From Takakia lepidozioides (lineage: Eukaryota; Plantae; Bryophyta), in NCBI GenBank assembly GCA_030704615.1, contig CM060734.1:61070001-61134000 (forward strand): a stretch of 64,000 nucleotides of DNA, written 5' to 3'. The notes under the pieces are model-generated. The model searched no databases. It was not told where the DNA came from and saw only the letters and a list, made by a program, of their open reading frames with translations. Both the position numbers and the translations under genes were made by a program. Shown piece after piece: positions 1-12,113 of this stretch. The stretch's first letter is position 1. Every line of letters starts with the position of its first letter.

Positions 1-396
1 CTCAGAGGAGTTTGAGAGCTCAACTATTGGGGTGGAAGTAGGGGTCTCCGTCTTCACGACGATATTCCTTTTCTCTTGAGAAACAGAACCAGCTGTTCCC
101 GGGGAGACATACGAACCACTGGACTGCCGCCGAGGAGCTCCCACGACCCTGTATCTTCCTGGAGGCACTCTCCACTGACTCACAAGAGAATTATCATCCG
201 GTTTCTGAAATGAGTACTTGATCAACTTCCCATGCACATCGTAGACCTTTTTTTCGAGGAAAACAGTGCCAATCTGGTACTCGAAACGCGTTGCCAGGAG
301 ATGCTCATGCGCAATTGCGTAACCATTGGAATCAGCATCCTTCGAGAAAGGGATAGGCTTCTCCGTAGAGTAAAACTCCGCTTCAGTCGAACCCAT
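1..396 (-). CDS. 5' part of an unknown ORF running off the left edge (MGSTEAEFYSTEKPIPF...)
   Basis: ATG at 396 on the minus strand, 132 codons with no stop before position 1 (so absent from the ORF track). Divergent from the gene at 1013. No domain recognised. Confidence 0.45.
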   Translation of the reverse strand, partial: MGSTEAEFYSTEKPIPFSKDADSNGYAIAHEHLLATRFEYQIGTVFLEKKVYDVHGKLIKYSFQKPDDNSLVSQWRVPPGRYRVVGAPRRQSSGSYVSPGTAGSVSQEKRNIVVKTETPTSTPIVELSNSSE

Positions 397-1355
397 GGTG
401 GAGGACGACTAATTCCGAGGTAGACGGAGCTCGAAAGTGGAGAGGCCCACAACTCCCGTGGATATCTTTCATCAATACATGACAGACAGTTAAAGGGTCC
501 TTGAAGAACAATTGTGTAAACAGTTGCTAAAACAGATGTGAAACAGTTACGTGCCTACCCACACCCAGTGCAAAAGACGGCTAAGCCGGAAAATCTGGGA
601 TATGTTATGTTTCCAGGCACGTGGGCCCAGACATTGCATTCATAGCACGGCTGCCAGAATGGGTGCAGAACCAATGAGAAGTTCTGAACCGCCGAAATGC
701 AAAAATCAACTTGCACATGTATGGACATCGAATCCAGGGTATGGCCATACGGACACAAGAGGTGACGGCGTCCAGTGCCAAATGCACAAATGTTTCTGTG
801 CTACGTGGACACGTGTGAGGTGAACCCATGCATAACCGTCGCAAGCGTTGCCCTGCCTGCATCCCCTCGCACAACATTTTTGGGCCCAGCTGACCCTCAT
901 TTTCAAGCTGGAGACTAGTAGGAGACTCAGTTCCCACCGAGAGAGCGGCAGGCATAGAAGGCAGTCTTTTTTTTTCACCTTAGCGCGAGAGAGGAAGAGG
1001 GCGAGAGAGAGAATGAGAGGTCGCAAGATCGAGTTGACGCTGCAAGAGATAACAGAGGAGAGTTCGGCCCTGGAAGCAGAACACATGACGGTGCAAGACC
1101 AGGTGGTCGGAGCTGCCGAAGGAGGGGATGAAATACCATCAGATAGCAACACAGAGGATATGGACACAGAGGAGCCCGACGCTGTTGCTAAGGAGCCCAC
1201 GCCAAAGGGGAAGAGTGTTGTTGAGAAGGAGGCGACTCCGAAGAGGAAGCAGGCTGCGCAGACCTCCATTGCCGCTGCAACCAAGGCTTCAGGGAGTGCA
1301 CCCCCGAAAGCACCGCAGGTTATGATCTTCCTTCTTGTATTCTGCTACAGTTTGA

Positions 1356-4300
1356 AGGGCATGAAATTGCGTGCACTGACGCATGCAATTTCATGCCCTG
1401 CATTATTGTCTTTTTCCACTTCAGAGTGGAGTGACGGACATCAACGTGGGCTACATAGCAAGGCCTTTGAGAGCACCTCCTGAAAATTGCGTGCGTCAAC
1501 GCACGCAGTTTCTGGAGGTGCTCTCAAAGCCACTTTCTGCACTCAGCATCTCTAAATGGAGCTATCAATAGAGGGAGATGGGCTGCATTATTCGTTTACT
1601 GATATCAGCTACAGAAATCTCTGAATGTCCCTAAAAGAAACCCCAGAAATTGCGTGCGTCAACGCACACAATTTCGGAGGGTGCTCTTAGGGACACGCAG
1701 AGCTCTAAACAGATCTGACGAGAAACTCTTCATCGCACCCTCCGAAACTGTGTGCGTTAACGCACGCAATTTCTGTGGGTTCTCTGAAGGACATTCTCCT
1801 GAGTATCGGTCTGTCATTTTTGAGATCAATGCACATGCGTATCTTGAAGTTGAAGAGAGGATGTACAGTCTGTAGGGGCTTCTGGAATGCGTACGTCAAC
1901 GCACTCAATTTCAGAGGGTGCTGTTATGGACATCCAGAGCTCTAAACAGATCTGAAAGGTCGAATGTGTGAGCACAAGAAGATCGTCTGAAATCCACGGG
2001 AGACACTTCAGAGAACCCACCGAAATTATGTGCATTGACACACGCAATCTCTGGGTTAGTACTTAAGTACAGTCTCTTGCGTATGGGTCTCTCATTTCTG
2101 AAAACAATGCACATGCATAGTCTGTAGAGGCATCAGAAATGCGTGGGTGTGTACCAGGTTTGTTGTAACAGGGGCGGTTTCAGTTCCCCTGCCACAAACA
2201 GTGGTATGTCATGACATGTCCGATTTGACTCCCAAACACATGAGGGAAATAACCGAGTTATTTCAGGAAAGACACTTACTTGTTCACGTCATGTATTGTT
2301 GTCAAAAGCGCAGTGATGTTTCCCTTGGGATCCAGCACCATGGAGACCAAACAATAGTGCCACTCCTCCTCAGTGCTATGATACCTCAATATCATGTTCT
2401 GCCAGGCTAGCAATCGGTGGTTGCCATCCCAGACATGGAACATCTTGCCTGAGAAAGCCTGTGTAACAAGCCTCTTGCAAATGCTTGATTCAAACTCCTC
2501 ATTGATACGTCGCCAAATTGGATCCCAGCCTCCAACAATGGTCTCATCTACTAAAACTTCCCTGCCATTGGCGTCGCCCAACGAGACGTAAAACACAGAT
2601 TGACCCTCTATGTAGCCATGGCAAAAATCCTGTTCCAGCTTTGCAATGTCATTTGTGAGTGCTGGTCGAACGAATGGCATGGAGATCAACCTGCACAGTG
2701 GGATCATTAATTTACCCCCAGGAACGCCCATGGCCTTGATGACTTGGGCAGAGTTCACTTTCGAGAACGACAACAGATCTTTTGGCATGTCCTGGTATGG
2801 CCTGCCATTGTCTTCCTCCTCTACAACAACAAGTTCGTGCTCCTCGTCTTCATCCATCTCCAGAGGAACACCTCTCTTTTTCTTCGCCTGCATTGAAATA
2901 GAAAAATTCTCCATGTAAAAGCAATGTCACAAATTGAGTGCGTTGATCCAAAATATTGGCCAAATGCCCCTCAGCACATTCAAGAGCATCCTCAGTCCAG
3001 AAACCTACGCGAAATGCCAGACCTCCAGAACTTTCATGAGCGCCTTTGTGAAACAGTTGAGAATGGCAGACCCTGCCTTTGGGCCTCAATTCTTGGATGA
3101 GGTGAGGAACCACTGGAACAACAATACGAAGCCAGAGATGACACAGGAAAAGCTGCATCGTTTGTCAACTGCAGTGGTGGATTCCGAGCAGAAAGATAAA
3201 TGGTTGGAGATTTGGAATTCTGACTCAACAGTGAAGGACATATATTGCTTCCCAAGGGGGGAAAGAGATGAAAATACTGGCCACATCAGGCCATTCAGCG
3301 ATCAAGTTTTCGATACATGGCTGCACAAAGCCACGCACTGGAGCCAGGTTATGTTGTGGACTGCCATATGTTGAATTTACAAAAGAATCTTCCCTGGTAT
3401 GGACTTTAATGTTTGTATTCTGTCTGTTCACAGATTGAAGCTCGTGCGAACCAGGTGCTGGAGAAGCATCTTCATGCTTACAAGATAACGATGACCTTGC
3501 CCGAAGATACTATGGAGGATTACTTGAGACAGTGGAAGGCGACAGCGTGGAGTAACTATTTCTTCAGAGAGTTCGCCAAGGAGGGGGGCATATCCCGGAC
3601 AAAAGAGTTTTGAGCTGCAGTTCCGAGCCGAGGGAGCCATGAAAATGGTCCTGTACAGGTGGGTCATTTGAACTAAGCAGGATCACCTTCTTCCTTTATA
3701 GCCCTCCACAATTGAGTGCGTCATCGCACACATTTTGGAGGGTTGGATCTCTGGACTGTTTTCCCTATGTCTCATTGAATGCAGGTTCATTTCTTGGAGA
3801 CCCGCTCCCTATCTGGTTTTTCATGTTATCAGTTCTGGCCACAAATCATGTAGTTTCTCATCCACTTTCTGATACTGTGCCTGCATTGTTTTGTAGGTAT
3901 ATCAAGAACGTTCTGATTCCTGGGAACAACCTAAGCAAGTACCCAGGCTTCATCGACTTGTGGGCTGACTCCTCCAACAGCCACACCATGTACACTGCAG
4001 CAATCCTCAGGGATTACGGTACATATCACCTCAAAGACTGCTGCTGGTATCTCGACATACCAAAATCAGATTGCCCATGGTATGAGTTGCAGACACGGAA
4101 CCAGAACGACAATGCCGAGTCCTTGGCTCCTCTAACAAACAGGGAACTGCATGACAGAAACCTACGAAACCTCGCTGAGAAGGAACCTGCAGCTACACAC
4201 ACTCCGGCGAGAGGGAAGGGGAAGGGAAAGGGCACAAAGGACAAAGGGAAGGAGAAGAGCGCCCAAGGGGATGCTGCAGTAGGTGTTGGTTCCCAGACCC

Positions 4301-4804
4301 CAATTGCAACCAAGGATCGCAAACGCAAGGGGAAGTTTGAGCCATACGACGCAATGGAACACCCATCCCGAATCAACCGAGAATGCAGATGCGAGCTTGT
4401 AAACGACTCATTCCTTGCCATGATGGAGACCAGGAAAGGTGGACTTCACTGCTGTAAAATTCCCAGGCGGTACCAGACATTCTCCCCACTGGCACTTGCC
4501 CAACCTGGAATGCATTTGACGAAAGGTACTGGCGGTGGGTCTTCTCTTTTTGCAAATTGTTTCTGTCGGATGGGGGGTTCTGGTTATGATTCAGTCCATC
4601 ACTACAAAATGTCGTCGGGAGATTTCAAGCTATCTGAAGGCCTCGGGGATGAAGATCATCGAAACGTGGAATGGAGTGAACAGCCTGTACTTGACAAAGG
4701 GTGACTGTCCGGGACAAATGGTAATCCTCCTTCCCTTTCCTTTTTCAATTTGTGTGCAATTCAGCCCCTCCGGAATTGAGTGCGTTGACGCACTCAATTC
4801 TGGA
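1356..4804. repeat. Dispersed array of ~30-bp palindromes (core GAAATTGCGTGCGT-NN-ACGCACGCAATTTC)
   Basis: Copies at about 1356-1399, 1465-1529, 1627-1694, 1735-1792, 1881-1914, 2014-2057, split 2134-2146/2931-2950, 3702-3742, 4769-4804; all lie in predicted introns. Confidence 0.9.
2144..2950 (-). other. Inverted segment carrying the ParB-like exon
   Basis: Exon and splice sites are on the minus strand while the flanking exons are on plus. TGG (2144-2146) / CCA (2948-2950) inverted microhomology; re-inversion gives in-frame NLVHT-QNIGQM. Confidence 0.8.
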
Positions 4805-6329
4805 TAAGGGAAATCGCTGTCATCTTTGTGGGATTTTGCATCATTTCTTATGTCATTCGTGATGTCTTTTTGAGCAGACTCGCCTTTTTGAAGTCATGTG
4901 CCTCATCAAGATTCGCCCGCCTTCCACTCCTGCATCAGTGAAGGAATTCAGGCTTCATGGGGGAGGTTGTTTTATCAACGACAGGTTTGATCTTGTGGTA
5001 GACGACATTCACTACAACTACGTCGATTCTAATGTGTGCTTGAGAAAGTCAAATTCCACACCATGGAGAGGGGCGAAGGAGAAGAGCCCAGCTTTTATTC
5101 AGACAATTATAGAGACATGCTCTCATCCGGGGTCGCGCATCGTGGACCTCACTCTTGGGACAGGTTAGACCCCCATCATTCTCTGTTGCAGATATTGTTA
5201 TATCTTGCTAACAGTATAGCGTCTTGCAGGAGCTTCGTACCATGCTTGCAAGGCGGGGGGCAGGCATTTGTTTGGTATGGAAGGGGATGCAGATATTTTC
5301 AATGACATCATTGCAGGCTTGCAAGGGCCAGCCCCTGCCGTCCTGGAACAGGAGGGTACAGTGCATGTGGATAACACCGAAGTGGATGAGAAAGACCTGG
5401 ACGATGATTTCGCATGTAAGTAAGTTGAAATTGTGTATGAATCTTAGTTCTCGAACAGAACCCCCCACCATTCCCTTTTCTTCTATGTTCGCTAATGCAT
5501 TGCGTTCACGTTGGTTTTCAGGATATTGGAAGCTATCCCTTTGCTCAATGTCAGTGTTTTCCAGTCTGACTTCTGGTGCAGCCCTCCACGTTTGTACATC
5601 CTGCCAGAGTACGCTGAGGCCATTGCTCGACATCAGTTGATGAACAAATCTCCCTCGTGTGCTCGGAAGCAGAAAAGGCACCTAGGAGCTCGGGTTTCGT
5701 GTCTGATAGTGCCACAGTTTCCGGGGATAGTTGTAGTGATTGAGACCATGCGTCAATGTAGTCCAGTTTTGGTTCGGGGCATATGGCAACTGCCAGACCT
5801 ATTGTGTTCCAACACATTTATCTAATACAATGCCTGCACACGCATGTGTGTTCCTGGTAATGTAGTTAAATGCTCGTTCCTCAAGTTCAAGGCTTGTATG
5901 CATTTGCAAATATGACTTCATTTTGTATTTATGTCTTCACTTAGTCATTTTGAGCACACGTTTTAGTTGCAAGCCTTATGGCTGCATTATGTATGCACTA
6001 TTGGCTTCAGCGCTAGATGAAGGGCACGACACTGATGCCTACAATTGGTTATGGGTCAAACAAGAACCTCGAACTCCTCATGCACAACTTTAATGGGTAT
6101 GCTTACAACTAATGAATAAGCTTGAAAATGTTGGTGCTCTATCGACAGATATTAGCACATTGTACCTCACTAGCAAGGCGACCAGGTCACATTGACAGTC
6201 CACAGCCACTTCAGTGTGGAGATATGATGCGTTCCTCCAGTATGGTACTGAAATGGCTCACTATGTGTCGACACTGAAGAGGAAAACAAAAGTGAAGCGT
6301 GCTGCACATGGAAAATGCTCCAGTAACCA

Positions 6330-9300
6330 GTGGGAAAATATCAAAGAATGGAATATATGCTTGGCATCTGCTGTGTTGTCTTATTCTACATAGGTTTCAT
6401 AGGTCGACCTTTCCCCATATGGCAGACATTGGTTAAATCCTATCATGTGCTTCATGAGGGATTCTCTCATTGCTCATTCATCCTCTCTCATTCATCCACT
6501 GGATTTCATCCACATTCATCCATAACTACTCATCCACATCCATCCTCATTCGCAGCGTGGCATCCACATTCACTGTCTATCATCCTCATTAATTCATCCA
6601 CAACCATTGTATATTGGGTCTCTGCAAACATAATCATTCAACAACATCGCCCACATATGTTCCCTTTGAGTCGAATGCGCAATTCCGCGGCTATGGGCCC
6701 CCTTCCACCTTTTCGGCCCTCGGTTATAGGTCGTTGCCTATGGAAATGACGTCAACCTGTCGTGACGTGGCATCTACCAAGCTGGCAGGGTGTGATGACG
6801 TGGAGTCAGACGCGGCCGCCTAGGTGGCAAGAATTGCTGATGTGGCATGAGCGTGACTGCGCTCACATGCTCACGTGCTCACGCTCATATGCTCACGCTT
6901 CAGCATCCCCCCTTTTCTTTGGGATGGATGTCTTCCTCTTCCCGAAGCACAGTCTCCGCCACCTTTTGTGCATCTGACTTCATTACTGTGAAGTTCAGAT
7001 CCTCCCGTTCCGATGCAGATGTGGCTGACTCCGACGCCACATACCCAGGGCCTTTCCTTAGCGTATCTCGTTGCTGTTGGGTCATCACTGCGTAGCTACC
7101 TTTTCCAGGGCTAGCTGTCGTGGTTGGAGTGGCTTCCGATTCACTCGCAATCCAATTTACTTGGTGTTGTGTCTCCTGAGGGTGCGTTGTATGATTGGGT
7201 TGTACGTTGGTCTGCTGTTGCTGAGGCGGCGCCGAGGTAGACGCTTGATGTCCTCCCTGCACCCTTACATCCTGAGAGGGAGACCACGTGTTAGAAGAAC
7301 CCTAGGCTATCTGAGCCTCAGGATTTGAATAAGCTGCTCGGGCAGCCTGTCCCTGAGCGGCATTGCCCCCTGAGTATGGTGGACCTGTCTGATCCGGCCT
7401 AGGTCATTGTGCTATCTACGTTGGGGTAGCAAAATACATGCTATGCTGTTGCGGTAGAGGGTTGGGTGGTTCAGTCGCATACTGATTCGGGAATGGGGCT
7501 CGTTGCCCTTCCAAATTCCTCTCTACTTGCTGGATGGTGGCAGGGGCCGGTCGGTCCACCTGCCTCTGGGAACATCTCTCCAAGGGATGGCCTCTTTGGC
7601 CGCAATGCATATCACTCCAATAGTATTATGTTGGGTGAGTGGTTCTGCCACATTTTTTACAACCTTTCCTGGATTGACTGAATTGTCATTTTGATCTATC
7701 CTGATAAGTCGGGTTTTGGCTTACCTACCTCTCCCAGGTGGGATAAGGTCAATGTTGAGCAGCATGCCCGGGACCGTCGCAGTTGGAGCACCATACCTTT
7801 GTCGGGTTGGCTACTAGAGCAGCTGCATCTCGATACCCCACGTAGCTGGTGATCTGCTGGCCGATAGAGCTCATGCGATCGCCCATTGTTTCGATGGTTT
7901 TGATGAGAGAGGTGACTTGCGCCTCCAAATGGCTTTCTCGTGAATCATACTGCCCAGTGGAATCTGCATACGAGTTAGTAGGGGCAGCATTCATATACTG
8001 TGGCACGGTCGGTGCTACTGCTGGTGTAGGGGACGTCGCGGCGTATGGCCGTGCTCCTCCTACATATGACGGCGTATAGTGTAGAGCGGGTTGGACCACC
8101 GCTAATGGCGTCGGCTCCTGCGTGGGCTCGATCGTAATGTATGATGGAAGTGCAAAGTCGGGCATCTTGGCCCATTATACCTGGCGATGCATGTTGTCGA
8201 ACTCCTTGCCGACTTGTATGGCATCTACCAGTGTTGCAGGTCTTTGCTACAAAACATGAAAGTGAGTGGTCTCTAGTAATCCACTCAGAAAACAATCCTT
8301 CAGTACCCCATCATCTAGGGGGTTAAAGGGTTTTGGAATCACATCAACTCCCAAAATCGCATTTCAAAGTCCGTTTACCTCCTCTGTGGGGCCTTGGCGG
8401 ATCCTGGCTAGTGCCATCAAGGCACTGGTGAACTGGTGGACCGCTCGAACATGATCTAAAAATGCGTCCCGAATTTGCTGTTAAGTTATGAATATACCTG
8501 GCGCCTGTTGCCAATACCAAGTGGACGCCCTACCCCTCATGGTCGTGGGAAACCATATCAACCAATAGGCATCGTTTAACGCTTCGTTAGAATAGCAACA
8601 CTGAATAAAGCTTTTCACATGATACTTTGGGTTTTCATGTGCTTCCCTGGAAAACCAAGGCAAATGCATGGGTAATGTAATGGGGGCAAGCCTACCGGGA
8701 CCACAATAGGTACCTCAGGAGGTCCTGGAACATGTGCCATAATTGACACTAACAACGGTGAAGGGCTCCTTGACCTGGCCGGTGGTGTATAAGGAGGACT
8801 AGATACAGGAGAAACCACTCGTGAACACTCGATCTTTGAAGAGCTGTCAGTGTTCCCTCCTTCCCACTCTATCTTACCCAAACTTCTAGTTTCTGAGTCT
8901 GATTGTGGACTCAATGCTGGGTTTTTCCCTAGCAGTTGATCTCTGACGGCTTCTCGAGCCAGTCTCCTTTGCAACCTAGTATCAAAGGATATGCTATCCA
9001 AGCTTGGGAGTGTGGCTCTTGATTCTGAGCTAGACATACACTCCTTGCTGTGCTGATGAGGATTCTCCTACCTCAGCCTGTACTAAAGGACTATATTACC
9101 TTGAACAACCATGTCAAGAATAAACGAGGTCAGATTTAAATGCCTTCCATGGAACCTTGGCGATGGAGGCACGTCAGTGTGCAACTTCCCATGAATTACC
9201 CAGTCTTCGGGTGGTCAGGACACGTTGCAGTACCTACACTCATCCAACCTGCGCACATAATGGGATGCCAGGAGCTGACATACGCGGCAATGAATAAAGA

Positions 9301-10090
9301 AGTCTACCTGCCACCGTAGATGTGCCACAAAAGAAGATCTGGGGTGCAATGCTCCTAGATAAATTCCAGGGCATGAACAATACGGCCAGTTGAGCCTGTC
9401 CTTACACCAATAGAAATGATCTGGTGCATTTGCTTCCGAGAGTCGCTCACACCAAACCGTTTCGTTAATCCACCCCTTCTTGATGGATTTTCGTTGAGCT
9501 AATCGCTCGATGTAAGCTGCTATGATAAGTCGAATCTCTGGCTCATGTTGCCAAAATCTGCTGCGAATCCTTTTGACCCTACCTTCAAAAATCATACCCA
9601 CTTTAGAAGTTCATGCAGAAAAGATTTTTATCACTGCAGGACACGAGGTGGATGACACTGGTAAATTCCAAAGGGTTACATTGCTTGTGCCGATTGGCAG
9701 ACATGTTAAAAAAAATTGAAAACATACTTTGCAGCTGCGAGATCTCTACCGATCTTCGAAGGCAGGTTACCTAGACTGCTGCTGTCTCTTCCTCGTCTAT
9801 TTCCACTAGTGACTCTGGTACTGAGGTACAAGGAGAGCTGCTAACCGAGGAAATAGCATGCACTAACTTTAATGGAATGAGAGGAAGGAAACTTGTGGGA
9901 ATTTCCCGTGCAAAGTAAAATGGCGGCGGTCGTTCTGGATCCGCAATGACGCCTTTGGGAGCCACTAAAGGACGTCATTCAATCCAAGTGATGTCGTGTA
10001 TGGTGGGCGCCACGTCCAACTGCCCGTTGGTGATCAATTCGATGATTAGTGCTGCCTCACTCTCACTGCGACTGTTGTAAAATCTGGGTG
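6330..10090 (-). mobile_element. Degenerate Ty3/Gypsy-like LTR retroelement with gag only
   Basis: Retrotransposon gag motif WFPTTMRGRASTWY (8481-8669), zinc knuckles CSNCDGPGHAAQH (~7750) and CMHCGQRGHPLERC (~7570-7615), purine tract AAAGAAAAGGGGGGATGC then TG (LTR start ~6902). Both outer boundaries are approximate. Confidence 0.7.
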
Positions 10091-10094
10091 GACA

Positions 10095-11187
10095 AATGTC
10101 CTGGATGGAATTGGGAATCCATTAGCATGGATTTCATTGTGGCTTTGCCCAGGACCAGAAATGGCCATGACAGTATCATGGTGGTTGTAGATAGGCTATC
10201 TAAGATAGCTCATTTGATACCTACAAGGATAAGTGCTACGGCATCGGATCATGTTGCATCCCTGTACATAAAAGAGATATTCAGGATTCATGGTCTGCCT
10301 CGTGAGATTATTTGTGACAAGGATTCAAAGTTTACAAGTCAGTTTTGGATTGACTTGTTCAAGAAATTGGGAACCAAAGTGAGGCTAAGTACAACCTTTC
10401 ACCTAGAAACAGATGCTCAGACAGAAAGAACCAACCGTACAATAGAGGATATGTTGAGAATGTACGTTGGTGAGAGGCAATCTTCTTGGGAACAGTTTCT
10501 GGACTTAGTGGAATTTGCCTATAACAAGCATTTCCACAGTGCCATTGGCATGAGTCCATTCGAAGCTTTATATGGACGAGATTGCTTAGCTCCTGCTTCG
10601 CTTATTGCACCACCATCAAATGTGCAGAGTGTGAATGATAGAATCAGAGAGATCAACTCTCCTAGATCTGGTGAAGCGTAGTATGCAAGCTACCCAAGAA
10701 CAGGCCAAGTTCTTTGCTGACAAGCACAGGACTTTTCGTGAATTTGCTATTGATGATATAGTGTTCTTAAAAGTTACACCTAAGAGAAGCAATCTAACAC
10801 TTTGCAAGTGTTACAAGCTATCACCAAGGTTTTGTGGCCCATTCAAGGCTCTAAAACGCCATGGCACAGTGGCTTATGAGTTAGATCTGCCTCCACCATG
10901 GAAGATTCAAAAAACTTTCCATGTCAGCCTTCTCCGGAAGTATATGTCATACCCATCGCACATCTTGTCCACATTGCCTCAACCTACGAACGATGGTCAG
11001 CTGATGGTTGAACCCGAAAAGATTCTAGAAACGCGAGTAAAGCACCTACGCAACCGTTCTTGGAAAGAACATTTAATTAAGTGGTTGCATTACCCAGGCT
11101 ACTTGGGAGAAAGAGAATGAACTAACATTGAATTACCCCTCATTTTCTATCATTGAGGACAATGACCTGCCTTTGGGAGGGGGAGCT
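10095..11187 (+). mobile_element. Chromovirus (Gypsy) integrase + chromodomain fragment
   Basis: WESISMDFIVALPRT...IVVVDRLSK-type rve core, DAQTERTNRTIEDMLR, KLSPRFCGPF (GPF/Y) and EPEKILETR...HLIKW chromodomain; frameshift ~10640; polypurine tract GGGAGGGGGAG at ~11175-11186. Confidence 0.92.
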
Positions 11188-12043
11188 TGTTAGGTGCCTA
11201 TGGAGCCCAGATTGGAACAGCGAACCGGTCCATCAGAGAAGAACGTAACCGCTGAACCTTCGGAGCTGATCTTTACGGACACCTGCAAGTGACAAGAACT
11301 TGGGCAAGCTGGTGGTTTCAAGAAGCTAGGGATTTGTGAAGAAGGGGCGGCAGTGCGCAAGGAGGGAAGAGTGGTTGTAGCGCAGGCTTATGGAGCAGGC
11401 CTGAATTGAGGAGAAGGCACAGATGATTTGTAGAGAGGGCCCTAGATCTGAACAAGATGTGTCATATGTGCATAGAGGAGATGAGAATATATATAGCATG
11501 GTGTGGCGGTTGGGTGGACTGGAAGAGTAGTCCGGTACTGTGTTGTCAGGAATAGATAAGGTAGAGATGAGCGGTGGGTTTTCTTGCTGACTGAAATCAG
11601 AACGTGATGCCTTCTCTACCTAGAATGTACAAGCTATGAATAGAGTTCCAGTAAGGCAGATTCATACTGGGTTTGAACTGACTTGGATCCCTGTGATAGT
11701 GAGCAGAGGAGTGTCTTACACTGGCGTTGATTTTCCCTGTTGAAAGTAATCAAGTACTGGACAGCTTCTTCCTTTGAGCTTTTGGAATGAGATCAACTGT
11801 ATGTGACTTCATGTCATAAAACTGAGAACTGGTTGGATAGAACTGGTGCTATTGTTGAGAACTGGACAGAACGTGTAGAAGTGCTACGGTTGAAACAAAG
11901 TCAGAGCTGTCTTCTCTCTTTTTGTTGTGTTGTTAGGGAGCCTTGAGCTATAAGAAAGCTCCAATCACAGCTAAAACAAAAGCTACATATATATCATTCC
12001 TAAAATGTCATATAACCCAAACAATACCTCCTCAGATCTCGCA
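11188..12043 (+). mobile_element. Putative 3' LTR of the chromovirus
   Basis: Starts TGTTAGG right after the PPT; candidate CA end at 12043 just before a (TA)n run. Right end uncertain. Confidence 0.5.
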
Positions 12044-12113
12044 TATATATATATAAAAGGAAACCTGACAGCCCACAATTTAGGTCCTTGAGGGGTTTTT
12101 TTATAAATTTACT

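Larger units (their letters stand above)
1013..5825 (+). pseudogene. Multi-exon ParB/Srx-like domain + beta-class N4-C/N6-A DNA methyltransferase fusion, disrupted
   Basis: Phase-consistent GT-AG exons: 1013-1318, 1425-1445, [inverted 2887-2280 and 2188-2144], 2951-3347, 3434-3658, 3897-4720, 4878-5163, 5230-5419, 5522-~5825. ParB motif MFHVWDGNHRLLAW. Spliced C-terminus EKSPAFIQTIIETCSHPGSRIVDLTLGTG/ASYHACKAGGRHLFGMEGD matches motifs X-I-II of beta-class amino-MTases. Frameshifts near 3585 and 4440-4580; no intact DPPY/SPPY seen. Confidence 0.8.

Noticed and set aside
1356-2146. CRISPR-like repeat-spacer array
   Set aside because: Repeats are degenerate, spacers are long and related to each other, there are no cas genes, and the array is intronic in a eukaryotic gene.
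2276-2914. Independent antisense ParB gene
   Set aside because: It is bounded by splice sites and joins the plus-strand exons in frame once the block is re-inverted.
1013-5825. Bacterial contamination
   Set aside because: The gene has multiple GT-AG introns, one splitting the SAM-binding motif, and is contiguous with plant retroelements.
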